This document shows, one piece after another, positions 26,997 to 40,034 of a stretch of DNA of 64,000 nucleotides (the first letter of the stretch is position 1; every line of letters starts with the position of its first letter). The notes under the pieces are model-generated. The model made no database searches. It was not told the origin of the DNA and saw only the letters and a list, made by a program, of their open reading frames with translations. This stretch comes from Octopus sinensis (Eukaryota). The position numbers were made by a program, and so were the translations under genes. The DNA is taken from contig NC_042999.1 in NCBI RefSeq assembly GCF_006345805.1, forward strand, positions 96,596,001 through 96,660,000, in the 5' to 3' direction.

Positions 26997-27269
26997 ATAC
27001 ACATACATACATTCACGTACGTATGCATATATAAGTGTATGTATATGTACATACTCACACATACACACACGCGTGTATGTGTGTGTGTTGTGTGATTGTA
27101 TTCATGATCACTAACATTAATGATTTATGTGTAATCAAATTGTTTTCTCGTCTAATGGTCTAAATTATTACTTCAGTAATCTTTATATTGTTTGCTTTCA
27201 CTGCACAACCTATTGACCTGCAGAAGCCCTACGCGCCTTCAACACCAGAAGTATTTTTGTAATTTTTTT

Positions 27270-27500
27270 ATAATTATTCTTCTGAGACTATTTTACGTAA
27301 TATACGTACCATGCTTAGTAGTGCTCTCTTGTGTATGGTATGTATGCTTAAGTCCAGGGGTGTTGGTTATATATTTTTCTGCATAGCTTGTAATCATTCC
27401 CATGGAAATTAATATCATGAGTATTGTTTCTGTTTTCTCTACTTATTCTCTGGATGTTTCTATTTCCAGGTCTTTTATATTTGGTTAATTTCTTGACTTC
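27270..27500 (-). mobile_element. R4/Dong-type 3' relic
   Basis: Minus strand gives DLEIE...ETI...GMI...AEKYITNTPGL, homologous to 43400-43600. Confidence 0.6.
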
Positions 27501-27571
27501 TTTTGCATAGTTTTTCTTTTTCAATATTGTTATTTTTATTAGTATTATAGTATTATCAAATAAAATAAACT

Positions 27572-27572
27572 A

Positions 27573-27651
<79 letters not shown>

Positions 27652-27659
27652 CATCATCA

Positions 27660-27702
<43 letters not shown>

Positions 27703-27755
27703 GTTGTTGTTGTTATTATTATTATTATTATTGTTGTTGTTGTTGTTGTTATTAT
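27572..27755. repeat. (ATT)n/(GTT)n microsatellite
   Basis: Direct reading. Confidence 0.95.
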
Positions 27756-28465
27756 GGTAAACACTTCACTGTGTTTTCACTTTCTTTAATGTGGTTGCCA
27801 CTTTCTTATTCAACGCCACCACCGTGGTACTTAGCAGCTTAGAAGTTTGGCTTATTTTCACAGAAAAAAATAAAAACTGAGAAAGAAAGACTGTTTAGAT
27901 GTAGAGTTTCGTGGGCGGCTGTAATGATAAAAACTTACCCAAAGTTCGACAAAGATCGAGAAAGGTCCCCAAAGACGAAGATAACTTAAGCTGCCAAACT
28001 GATGACGTTGTTTGTATAAACCTGGTTTTATTATTATTCAATGATGGATTTAAACCAAAGAATAACTGCCGTGGGACAATTTTCTGATTGCAGACGATAT
28101 TGCTTAGATCTTCTGATTTATTTTATCCTCTTTTAATCAAGTAGACTATTTAATGTGTGCAATAAAGCTGATAATAATCGCCAAAAGATATTTAACATGA
28201 AGTAAATTACGCCGTTTTCAAAAGAGTTAGTTTAGTTCATGGAAAAGTTAGATTTCTCTGGTCGTGGTTTCTGATCTGATAGCAAAGAAACTGATATAGA
28301 ATGACTTGAAGAAAATAAACAGGGCAATAGTAATTTTGGATGTTAACAGAACCTCAAGTCACGGAGTACCTTTCATACTGGGATCCACCGTACGGTTTAC
28401 GCTCGATTAGTGATAATGTGGCTGAGGAATATAGTATACTAGATATTACTACATGTAATAAGGAT

Positions 28466-28570
<105 letters not shown>

Positions 28571-29873
28571 GGGTGAGAGTACAGTGTAGGATATTGACAG
28601 TTCCCATGAGCACTATCTTTTGAATTTCTGCCATTTTGGAGTTTCCAAGTATCTGAGTTAGATAGGAGCCAGTCCTTTTGTTATCATTCCTAGGGCACCT
28701 ATGACAACAGGCATTGTTTTAGTCTTGAGGTTCCACCTTTTGCCAATTTCTATTTCAAGATCTTTATACTTGCTCAGTTTTTGGTAGGTCTTGATAGATA
28801 CATTTATGTCGATTGGGACTGTCATATCAATGAGGAGGCGTGGTTTTTGTCTGAAATCTTTCAATATAATGTCTAGCTTATTCGCATCTAGTTTACTTTC
28901 AGATTGAATGGTGAAGTTCCAGAGGAGTGAGATACTATTGTTTTCATGCATTGGAAGAGGTTTGCGTTTCCACCAGTTTTTATCATGAGGCTTGACCAGG
29001 TGGTTGCAAATTACCCAGTAAATATAATGTGCTGCTCTATCATAAACGTATTTAGATATTCTGTAGGTGCAAGAGGACTGCATATAGTGACAACGTGATC
29101 AATGGCATTTTATTGTTGACATACACCACATGTTGGGCAACTGCCGTTCTTAATATGTTGTCCTGGTAGTTCATTTTACGTAGGCATTGATCTTGGGCTA
29201 CCATGAGAAACCCTTCTGTTTCCGATTTTAAACCAAAAGGCACTAATCATTGACGGGTAAGGGCTTTGTCAACATCAGCACTATTAGCTCTCTTTGCCAT
29301 TGAGAGCTTTTTCTTGCCATTTATCAGTAAGAATATCTAAGACAGCAGTTTTAGTACGGGTTTTCTAAAACCCGTGCTAAAATTCTGGAATTCGTTGTAT
29401 TTGGAATTCACTTAGATATTCCTTTGCCTGTTTTGTTACTGAGAATGATTCTTTCTTGTTTTCATGCTTTGAGACAGGCTTTTTTACATCCAATCATCAG
29501 AGTTTTTCAGGTGGGTGTCTAGGCCAATTGTGGCAATTTTCATTGTTAATACCACTTGTAAAATCCATGGCCACCCTCTTTTTTGGCAGATAAAGTCGTT
29601 CTATATCTGCCTTAGGGTAGTGCATTTTATGCATTGTCAACAATGTTCGTATTTTTCTGTCAGTTGACTAGTTAATGATATTGAAAGTGTTGGTCAGGAC
29701 CGGTATGGCTAAAGTATAAATCGCTTCGATCCTGTTTCTTGAATTCAGGTCTGTCTTGAGTATTGCCTTTACCCTGCGATAACATTCTCTTCTGATACTT
29801 TCCCCCATCACTGAATATTTGATTCCGTCCCCTTCAAGTACCTCTAGGTATTTGTAGTTCTTCGCTGGTTCTA

Positions 29874-29877
<4 letters not shown>
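28571..29877 (-). mobile_element. R4/Dong-type non-LTR retrotransposon, 5'-truncated and degraded (RT end, zinc knuckle, RLE endonuclease)
   Basis: YKYLEVLEGDGI...[26 protein letters not shown]; GLKSETEGFLMVAQDQ; LLWNFTIQ...DIILKD...LIDMTVP...KLSKYKDLEIE...PVVIGALG; flanked by (AGT)/(ATT)n and (ATT)n; same family as 49640-51821. Confidence 0.9.
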
Positions 29878-29931
<54 letters not shown>

Positions 29932-30025
29932 TTGAGTGATCTATGTTCAAATTATGTCGAAAACAAAACTGCCAGCGATTGATATTGTTTATACATACAA
30001 ATGAGGCCACACTTATGTTTTGAAA

Positions 30026-30062
<37 letters not shown>

Positions 30063-30449
30063 CGTGAGTGAGTAGGCGGGACGTGTCTGTGTGGTAAGAA
30101 GCTTGCTTCCGGTTATAGACTACGGTCGTTGTTTGTGCTTCGTACTGACATTAACGTTGGATTTACCGTTGGATTATATTGTTACTACTGCTGGTAATTT
30201 TGAACTTGTTGCTATTATTTGTTGAACTGTTCTGTTTCACGGTTATGGGGAATTGAAATTGTTACATATTTTCTATGGCCGTTGTGGCATTGTATATATT
30301 TTTCTGTTAAAGAATTGAATTGTTTTAATGTCTTTGCAGACTTATTTGAACTCTTTTTGAACTGCTTTAAACTGTGTCGTACTGTTTTTGAACTGTTGAC
30401 CTCTTCTGTCGAAGAATTTAAATTATTTTATTCTTGTGTTTTCTCTGTT

Positions 30450-32470
30450 CTTTGGTTATTAATTTCGACAGAGTATGTCCGTCGAAATTATCAGAGAAAA
30501 ATGTACTCTCAAAGGGAGTAATGGTGTTGTTGGCAGTATTGCCAACACTGTGAAGAAAATTTCGGCGGTTGCCGCAGTGGCAACAGAAAATATTGATATC
30601 TCTGTATGAACGCTACAGGAATATTTGAAAATAATGAAAGGGGAGGACGGTCATGTGAAAATATCACCCTCCTCCAACATTGTGGATACGGGGAGAAAAA
30701 CAATTTTGTTTAAAACCTACTGTACAGAAAACAATCGCTTCAAGCACTTTGAAAAGGAGAAAATTGAAAAATATCTTGCCCTAATATGGAAAGACATAAT
30801 TTACATAGCAAAGGGTAATGCGAGACCCTTGAAAACTAAAGAAGTGGTGCTTCTGCCAACCTACATGGGGAGACGTACTTCCTGTGTAAAGGTGTCAGAA
30901 GTGCCACCAGAAGTGGATCCGAGGGAGGTAATGGCTGCCCTGTTGTTTAAGAGGGCGGACAAGATCAAGTTTCTCAAAATCACATGCTCTTCCCCCCACC
31001 CACCCAGAATTGACTCGGGCAGGCATCTCGGCAATCATTCAGGTGGCTCAGGAAGATATCGAAATGCTTCCAGACAGGGTGCTCGTAGGTGACAATACTA
31101 TATTAAGAATCCAAGTGTAATGTAAAAAACCCACATGTTACGAATGTGGCAAAAAAGGCTACATTCGGGCAGATTGTGAGGAACGAAAAAAGAAGATGGC
31201 GCTGACACTAGGCCCTTCAAGTGTAAAAAACATTCCCACTCCCACCACACACACACCAATCCCCACAAAGACAAAAACTCCCACCCCCGCTGCTGCAGTG
31301 CCGTGCCCCAAACAAAATAATAAAAAAACACAACCCCTGCACACACAAGCCCCTACAAATACAAAACCACACGTTCCCTTGAAACCTGAGGCACCTATTT
31401 GAAAAAATGCAATTCCCCCAGACGATACCATGGAGGTATCAGAGGGGGAGTTTACTGTAGTACGGAAACGTACATTGGCACCCTCCCCATCCCCATCCCC
31501 TTCAAAGAATACAAACGAAGCTCCACAGACAATAAAAAAAGACCCCGCCCAACCGTCACTGTGAAAAAAACGAAGAAAACATTATTTTGGTAGAATTTAA
31601 TACAAAAGATGAATATAGCAATGACGTTGTTGTGGCACATCTCACAACAAAATTGTACCCCTCCCAACACAAAGATCTGAAAGGGAGGTGCGCCTTGATA
31701 AGGGAAATTCTATACAGAGAATTAAAGGAAAGGCATTATACAGCCATCTGGAGGGTTGTAGATTTACCTAAATATCTGAAAAAGGAGGAGAAGGAAGGGA
31801 CTGATTTACGTGTGGTGAAGTCGGCCCCAACTTCTCCAGTGAAGGGTAAGTAGAAGCTTTACTTTTAGTAGTGACCTTACTTAACCTTTGCTGTTGGAAT
31901 GTACGTGGTCTGAGTTCGAAGTGGAAGCAGGCTTGTTTCCTCGCTGACCTCAAATTACATGATATACATGTGATGGTTGCTACAGAGACCGAGCTGGACA
32001 ATCTACAAACTTTCTCGCCTCTCCTGAATGATAACGAGAAAATCATGTCTCCTGGTGGCTCTGTCTCCCGGTGGCTCTGCAGAAAAGTACAGTATATGAG
32101 GACCCTGAGGGTGGCCTGGTCGTCCTTGATGTGACATACAGCAGTAAGGCCTTCAGGTTGATCGGGTTCTATGCACCTTGTGCTAAAGGATTACAAACTG
32201 ATTTTCATCGGCGCCTAGAGAACTTTCTCATGTCGTCGAAGATATTAGTAGTATTAAGAGACTTTGACGCTATCCTTGACGCACGCATCGATGGTGTTGG
32301 CTCGACCGGTAGGAAGATAAACTTACGTCTCGTGGATCTGCTTAAGCGCTTCCAGCTGGCAGATCGATACTGGCTTGACCATCCGAACGTCCCAGAGTGG
32401 ACCTGGATTAGTGGCAACCGAAGGTTCAAGTCTTACTTAGATAGGATTGTAATTAGAACTATGTGTGTTT
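30450..32470 (+). mobile_element. L1/Tx1-like LINE, 5' part: ORF1 (gag-like knuckle) and APE endonuclease, 3'-truncated
   Basis: ORF1 piece PTYMGRRTSCVKVSEVPPEV and knuckle PTCYECGKKGYIRADCE (~31130-31180); ORF2 from 31871 LNLCCWNVRGL...VATETE, DPEGGLVVLDV, FYAP, RDFDAIL, HPNVPEWTW, SYLDRIVI. Confidence 0.9.
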
Positions 32471-34837
32471 GTCCCCAATCGGTGTTTGTCTATGTCCCAG
32501 TAAAAAAAAACAAAAGATAGCAGAAACCATAAAACAAAAGTTTTGAAAACATGATTAAATGCTGAATAACAACTTCTAAGAACGGCAATTACATATTTCA
32601 ACAAACCAAACAGTCATACCGTACTGAATTTGACTGTTTCTGAAAAGAAGGATAAATCCTAAAATCTAATATTGTACGTCTCTCTAAATAATTACGTCTC
32701 TCTAAACTCCTGTTGAATCGGTCAGCGGTAGATCCTAAGAATTAAATACTGCAAATATAGAACAAGGCAAGAGAATCCCCGTGTAAGTCAAACTCTTTTG
32801 CACTCAGTTTATAATCAATGGTGTCTAAATGATTTTCATAATAAATCATGACACTTTCGTTTCAATAAAACAACAGTAGCAACATTAATAACAGCAACAG
32901 TTATAATAACGATATTAATAGTGTTGATACCCAGTAACAGCAAACAATAGCAACTGCACAAGCTGCAACAACAACAGCCCTAAAATTTAAGCTCAGTGAA
33001 CTATTAAATTTCAGTAACTTCAGCATTGATCTACTTTCGTATTAGAACAAAGGGTCTACATGTTAGAAAAATTTGAAAATAAGGAGTTTATTATGTTCTT
33101 GCATTTCGCTGGAATATAGATTATGTAGCAGTAACTTGGACACACCAAAAGATATCCTTCTGTTATACAGAGAGAGTCACAATCATATTTACTTAAATGT
33201 TATTTTCATGATTGGCACTATGTAGTGGGCAGCAAAGATAAAAAGACTGAACCTTACAAGTTTTAGTCATGCCCTATGCCGTGTGAAGTATAACTGTTGC
33301 CCACTTTATGTTTCATACGAAACTAATTTGGCCGAAAATCTTACAGGAGTTAATATGAATTCTTTTGAAAACTTTGCCATGAAAAAAACACAACTACAAA
33401 ACATTTAACTGATTGTTTGGTTTTACTGTCTTCCTTCCTTTTTCTCTCTTTCGTTTTATTATATTTTAGATATTACAATACCAGATAATATACAACCAAC
33501 TCAAGCAGACGATGCATTTATATTGTTTCGCCAAGAAAAATCTAGCAGACGATACACAAGTTATAAATACTTCGTCATTGCTATTATTTTTGTCTCAGCT
33601 ATTATTCTCCCCAATTTCTCTCTCTCTCTTTTTCTCTCCTCCTCTCTCTCCCTCTCTCTCTATATCTTTCTCTCTCCTTTTCTCTCTCTACCTCTCTTTC
33701 TCTCTCTCACTCTCTCTCTCTCTCTCACGCACACACACTTTCTCGCTTTATTTTGTTTAATTCTTAATGGCGCAATCTAATACAATGTTCTTACTTCCTA
33801 TCATTTCTTTTCACGTCTTTGTTAGTTTCATTTTTTTTCCTTTCTACTTCGGTGAGGTGTTTTAGCAGTGTTTGTTTCTTTTTGTTAATGAATTCCTCAA
33901 CGTAAATATATCGATTGAAGCGAAGCATCATTCTTTTAAGGAGACTGAATGTCTGAAAAGAACTTATTACTTCAGAAATGGCTCTATTTTTCCTGTTAGT
34001 TATGTGGATGTTTTGTGAGTCATCCTTGCTTGTTTTATTGGTTTGTCTGTTTGGTGGTAGAAATAGTAATGATGGTGGCATGGAAGATGAGATGATGGGG
34101 GTGATGTTGATGAAGGTGACGTCGATAGTTATGGTGATAAAGGAAAAAAGTGGTATCATGGTGGTGAAGCTGTCGGTGGTGATTGTGTGATAGTGATATT
34201 TGTCTTGATATATAAAATATGTCAGTGGTAATCACGAAGATGATGATGTTTCCTTGCTGCATCATTAATGTGACATGGTAGTGTTTAGTAGTGGTAGGAA
34301 TTTGATTTTTAGTGGGGTCATTATGGTATTGGTAGTGTTTTTCTTTCCATTCTAATTTTTTTTGTTAGTTTTTGACAATGGCGGTGGCTGTTTTGTCATT
34401 GGTGGGGATGGTGAGGGCCTAAATATAGTTTCTGTAGTTGTACTATTTTTGCCATGGAGGTAGTGGTTATGGAGGTGATGGAGGTGGTGGAAGTAGTGGC
34501 GGTGGTGGTAGTAGTTATGCATCTTTGGTGTGTTGCTGATAGTGATTATAATAGACGATGTAGGGCATCTGTGTGTGGCGGGAGTGATATCTTTAGTATG
34601 GATGATACAGGTGTATCTTTTGAGGGATTGTTGAAGTAGTTGTATTTTCTTGGTGTTGCTGTTATCCAGTCCTAATATAGAAATCCTAGCCAATTACTTC
34701 CTGGGTACAGTGCACCGGAGCCCGCATCATTTAATGTTGCGTAATGGAACCATATGATTTGAGGAAGATTTGACGCATTTTGCTAATAGGTTGAATTACC
34801 ACCTATAGGACCTCTCACTAGTTGGACAAATACTATG

Positions 34838-34874
<37 letters not shown>

Positions 34875-34909
34875 GTAGTAGTAGTAGTATAGTAGTAGTA
34901 GTAGTAGTA

Positions 34910-34944
<35 letters not shown>
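34838..34944. repeat. (ATT)n-(AGT)n microsatellite
   Basis: Direct reading. Confidence 0.9.
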
Positions 34945-35435
34945 TCTTTATTGTGGTTGCTAAAATTAGGATTTGTTTTTGGTTTGATTTGGTTTGTCTT
35001 TGGTTAATATCATGTAGGTTGTTAGTAGCGATGGTGGTTGGTTGTAAGTTTCTTTGGAGGTGGTGGTGATGATGATGGTAATCTTGATCGTGGTTTCCAA
35101 ACCAGTGATGGTAGTTTTAGCTGTATCAGTAGTAGGGGTCGGGAGGGAGAAAGTGAAGTTGGACGTGCGGTGTTGGTGGTGAAGATACTGGTGGGGACAT
35201 TTGCAGTGAGGGATGGTGGGGTTCTAGTGATGGGGGTGATTATGGTTTTGGTGGTTATCCAAGGTTTATTGACGTCGGTTAGTTTCACTTGTCAGATCTT
35301 GAGCCAGTGGTGGCTCATAATTTATTTCGTTGTTGTGGCTGAAGTGCATGTGACTGTGACAATTGTAATAATGTTTTATCTATGTATGTGTATGTGCGCA
35401 CGCGCGGACATGTAGCATGTACGTATATGTGTGTT

Positions 35436-35727
<292 letters not shown>

Positions 35728-35729
35728 GT

Positions 35730-35974
35730 AATCTTTGAAAGCTGCCATAGTCAGAGTAATGTCCAAAGTGAACCAGGACCACTTGATTCGAGCATGTAGG
35801 TAATTTAGATCCCATATAGAATCAGCTGTTGAAGCTGAAGGTGGCGTTATTGAATAACATTATAGAAAAGGTTTATTTTTATCTTCATATCATTTTTTGA
35901 TAAATAAACTTATGTTATTATATATCTGTTGTTTTATAAATATATATTTTTCTTCAAATATATTACGCACCCTG
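35730..35974 (+). repeat. 245-bp inverted duplicate of the mariner end at 38701-38945
   Basis: Reverse complement of 38701-38945 with about two mismatches seen by eye; ends in the TIR ...ttacgcaccctg followed by TA. Confidence 0.95.
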
Positions 35975-36092
35975 TATATATATATATATATATAACGGGA
36001 AGCTTTATGAAAATAAACAAAAGACGAAGGCAGGTGGAAAACAAACGAACAATTGTATTAGTATGGCGCTCAGGAAATATAAATAAAACAAG

Positions 36093-36130
36093 TCTTTAAC
36101 GTTTCGAGCCTACGCTCTTCAACAGAAAGA
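36093..36130 (-). ncRNA. Minimal hammerhead-like motif in PLE pLTR (variant core)
   Basis: Minus strand tcttt-CTGTTGA-a-gagc-gtag-gctc-GAAA-cg-TT-aaaga: 5-bp stem I, 4-bp stem II, palindromic AACGTT; position A6 is U. Confidence 0.6.
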
Positions 36131-36315
36131 TACACAGAGAGAGAAAAACACAGAAAGAAGGAGAGAAAAAAAAAATGCGTGCAGTAGCTAACGAATCAAC
36201 ATGGCGATCTGATTTCGGCCAGAGGTCAAAGATCAAACATGAGACGCGAGAGCGAAATAAGGGGAGATAATAGGGTTGATAAAACGGTTGAGGGACCAGC
36301 TAAAAGTGCGTGGGA

Positions 36316-36632
36316 GGGGTCTGGATGTGTGTATGTATAGGGTTGGTGTATGTATTAGTATGTATAAGGGTGTGTGTGTGTGTGTGTGAGAGAGAGTATA
36401 AGTGCGTATGCGGGGTCTGGACGTGTGTATGTATAGGGTTGGTGTATGTATTAGTATGTATTAGTATGTATTAGTACGTATTGGTATGTATAGGTGTGTG
36501 TGTGTGTGTGAGAGAGAGTATAAGTGCGTATGCGGGGTCTGGACGTGTGTATGTATAGGGTTGGTGTAAGTATTAGTATGTACTAGTATGTATTAGTACG
36601 TATTAGTATGTATTAGTTGGTGTGTGTATTAG
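36316..36632. repeat. Minisatellite in the PLE 3' region (about three ~95-120-bp units with internal tatgtattag repeats)
   Basis: ggggtctgga(c/t)gtgtgtatgtatagggttggtgta recurs at ~36316, ~36412 and ~36533. Confidence 0.85.
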
Positions 36633-36965
36633 TATGGCACATCATATGTGATGTGATGTGTAAAGTCATGTGGTGTAGTGAGAAGAGGGGGAGGGGGAGA
36701 AGAGGGGGGGGAGAAGGGGAGGGGAATAAGAGGGGAGGAGAAGGGGGAAGAGGAGAGGATGGGGGAGAAGGAAGGGGAGGAGGTGGATGAAGGAGGAAAG
36801 AGGGAGAGGGGAGAGAGAGGGGAGAGAGGGAGTGAGGGAGCAGAGGGAAGGGGAAGAGGGAGGGAGAAAGAGGGAAGAAGGGAAGGGGAGTAGGGGTGAA
36901 AGGATGAAGGACTGAAGAAGTAGGGGTCGGGGGAGAAAGGATAGGTGAGGAGGGGGAGAGGGGGG

Positions 36966-38683
36966 TTAGATGAGGAGGGGGGGAGAGTTGAGACCAAATG
37001 GCGTATAAGAGCGAAGAGAGAAGATTAATTCCTGTTCGGGAATCCGGATGGCCTCTGTGTAAGGACAAACCGAACACAGATAGGTGTTGCAAGGAGTGAC
37101 CGGTGGAGCGGAAATGGCGTGAGACCGGTGTGTCGTTCGCAAGGTGGATGTCACGAAGGTGTTCCGCGAACCGGTCAGCTAAGCGGCGTCCCGTTTGTCC
37201 GATGTACAAGGAATTGCAGAGAGAGCAAGAGATGCAATAGATAATATTGCTGGAGGTGCAGGTGAAGGAGTGGATGATGGGATAGGGTCGATGGTGGGTG
37301 CTAGTGAGGCGGGTGGTGTTGGAGAGGTAAGGGCAAGTGCGGCAACGTGGGCGGGAGCAGGGGAACGAGCCGGGTTGGGAGGTAGGGTCAGGGAAGGAGC
37401 TATGGACCAAAAGGTCTCGAAGGTTGTGGGCTCGTTTGAAAGAGGGGAGGGGTCGGTTAGGGAAGAGGTGTGAAGTGGACGGGTCGGACTGGAGATGACG
37501 GAAAGCTCGAAGAATGGTGCGTTGGAGACGTAGGGTCGTGGGGTGGTAAGTGAGGGGAAAGGGGAGGCGGGAGACTACAGGGCGGGTTCGGGGAGAGAGA
37601 GCAGATACACGGTCCACGGACCGTGCTCTGGCAAGGGCGGTGTGGATAGTGGTGAGGGGGTATCCACGTAGGGTGAAGTGGTGAGCCATACGTTGAGACT
37701 GAGTCTCAAAGTCATGGTCGTCACTACAGAGCCTACGTAGACGGAGGAATTGGGAATAGGGGATGGAAAGCTTGGTGTGTTCTGGGTGGGAGGAAGAGAA
37801 GTTGAGGTATGAGTGTGAGTCTGTGTGTTTGTAGTGAATGGAGGTGGTAAGAGTGGAGTGAAGAATGCTAACCGAAATGTCGAGGAAGGAGACAGAGGTA
37901 TTGGAGATAGTGGAAGTGAAGTGGAGGGCTGGATGGAAAGATTGGACGAAAGAGAGGAAGGAATCTAGATGTTCGCGGGAGAGTGAGGTGGCACCGATAA
38001 TGTCGTCAATATAACGACCATATAGTTCAGGAGTGGGACCAGTGAAATTAGAGAATATTTGGGCCTCAACATAGCCAACGAACAGGTTCGCATAGTTGGG
38101 GCCCATTCGCGTTCCCATGGCCACTCCCGAGACCTGATGGTAGAACTCGCCCGCGAACGAGAAGCAGTTCAGAGTAAGGACAAGTTCGGCCAGACGAATG
38201 AGTGTGGAGGTGTCAGGTACAGGGTAGAGCGGAGGTCAAGAAAGTGTCGAAGGGCTGCAGTCCTTCGTGGTGAGGGATAACAGTATAGAGGCTTTGGATG
38301 TCCATAGTAAAAAGGATTTTGGAGGAGCCGGGAGGAAAGGAGAAAGAGTTGAAAAGCCGGAGAGCATGGTTGGTATCGTGGATGTGGGAGGGAAGAGATG
38401 CCACTAGGGGGGCAAGGACACGGTCGAGGTATTTAGAGATGAGCTCCGTGGGGCAGTTACAGGCGGAGACGATGGGGCGGCCAGGGTTGTTGGGTTTGTG
38501 GATTTTGGGGAGGAAGTAAATGGTGGGGGTACGTGGGGTTCGCACAATTAGGTTGGATGCGGTGCGGGGGAGACGGGAGGACGAGATGAGGTCTTGGACA
38601 GTAGAGGATACCGTCTGTTGGTAGCTACGTGTGGGGTTAGAGGGCAGAGGGGAATAGAAGGAGGTGTCATTGAGTTGGCGGAA
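36966..38683 (-). pseudogene. PLE RT/GIY-YIG polyprotein, partial and frameshifted
   Basis: Track ORFs 38213-38746, 36613-38124 and 36966-37154 (EQELIFSLRSYTPFGLN) join into one PLE protein with two frameshifts. Confidence 0.9.
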
Positions 38684-38700
38684 ATATATATATATATATA

Positions 38701-39949
38701 CAGGGTGCGTAAGATATTTGAAGAAAAATATATATTTATAAAACAACAGATATATAATAACATAAGTTTATTTATCAAAAAATGATGTGAAGATAAAAAT
38801 AAACCTTTTCTATAATGTTATTCAATAACGCCACCTTCAGCTTCAACAGCTGATTCTATATGGGATCTAAATTACCTACATGCTCGAATCAAGTGGTCCT
38901 GGTTCACTTTGGACATTACTCTGACTATGGCAGCTTTCAAAGATTCTTTGGTGTTATGGGTGTTTTTATTGACCTCTCTCTCAACAACACTCCACATGTA
39001 ATAGTCTAATGGATTGAGATCTGGGGAATTAGGAGGCCAAATGTTAGAGGTTAAGTGATCGTGAAAATTTTCAGCCATCCATTCCTGTGATACTAGAGCC
39101 ATGAGTGCAGAGTATTACTGAAACAAATATGACCTTCCATTGCATGCACTATCTATCCATGGCTTAACAATTATTTCCAGGGTCTCAATGTAGGCGGCAG
39201 AGTTAACTTTAAGCCCTTGTGAAAAGAAGTAAGAAGGCATCACTTGTCCTTCATTTCTGACAATCCCTAAAACCATAGCAGATGCAGGAAATTTTGTATG
39301 CGTAACACTTGGAACTTCAGAAAGGTCTGCACATAACCATCTGTCATTTCTTCTGTTAACTTTTTGATCTTGGTCAAAGTTTTTCCCGTTTGAGAAAAAA
39401 CAAATCAAATCTTCTTCTGCTGGATTTTTCAGTTTGTTTGAGAGCCTTTTAGATCTGATGTAGTAGTTTTCTTTTGCCTTTTCTGACTAATTGACCTTTT
39501 CTCATCATATGGGACTTACATCTGATGTCTTCGTGGACATCATTTCTGACTGTTCCTTCTGACACGTGAAGATTTTTTGCAATTGACCTCATGGACTTTC
39601 TGGGATTGTAATCAATGATCTATTGAACTTGCTGGATAAATTCAGGTGTTATAACGACTTCAGAGTGTTTAGAATGCTTTTTATGCTCTGATACTGGCGA
39701 TACGTTTCCATCTTCAGACTCTAGCTCCTTACAAATTTGTAGATGAAAGATCTGGCAACTTTTAAAAACCGAGATATCCCTAAATCGTTATGTTCAGCCT
39801 TTATAACCACAATAACAGCATGCCTCTTCATTTCTTGAGTAAGCTGAGGTTCTGCCATCATTATTTACTGAAACAAAGATTATACAGAGTTAGCAAAAAT
39901 GCAGCAATGACTCAAAAAAGGAATGTCCTCAAATACCTTACGCACCCTG
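38701..39949 (-). mobile_element. Tc1/mariner transposon, probably maT/DD37D type, full length but inactivated
   Basis: TIRs cagggtgcgtaagatatttga (38701) and tcaaataccttacgcaccctg (ends 39949), both flanked by TA. Transposase remnants FFSNGKNF (FSDEK-like), NRRNDRWL, KFPASAMVLG, YLFQ*YSA (FQQDSA), WPPNSPDLNPLDYYMW. Confidence 0.93.

Positions 39950-40032
<83 letters not shown>
39950..40032. repeat. (CA)n(TA)n microsatellite
   Basis: Direct reading. Confidence 0.95.

Positions 40033-40034
<2 letters not shown>

Larger units (their letters stand above)
35994..38683 (-). mobile_element. Penelope-like element (Neptune-type), 5'-truncated, inserted in (TA)n
   Basis: RT: YFLPKIHKPNNPGRPIVS, TMDIQSLYTVIP, GVAMGTRMGPNYANLFVG, RYIDDI, FLDI. 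Cys linker CSRPRCRTCPY (Neptune-like). GIY-YIG: NIIYCISCSLCNSLYIGQTGRRLADRFAEH. Frameshifts near 38250 and 37040. 3' region: pyrimidine tract, minisatellite, pLTR with hammerhead. TA tracts on both sides. Confidence 0.95.

Noticed and set aside
25860-28460. Possible piggyBac-like relics (Cys-rich patch ~26110-26220, acidic patch ~28250-28320)
   Set aside because: No TIR/TTAA pair or catalytic motif that I could confirm.
33230-33410. Short Cys-containing frame (ALCRVKYNCCPLYVSY)
   Set aside because: No start codon or clear acceptor and no recognisable domain.
36613-37040. Pro/Ser/Leu-rich C-terminal extension of the 503-aa PLE ORF
   Set aside because: Caused by a frameshift near 37040 into the pyrimidine tract; the natural end (EQELIF...GLN) is in another frame.
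35730-39949. Composite mariner transposon carrying the PLE
   Set aside because: TIR orientation places the PLE outside both TIR-bounded units.
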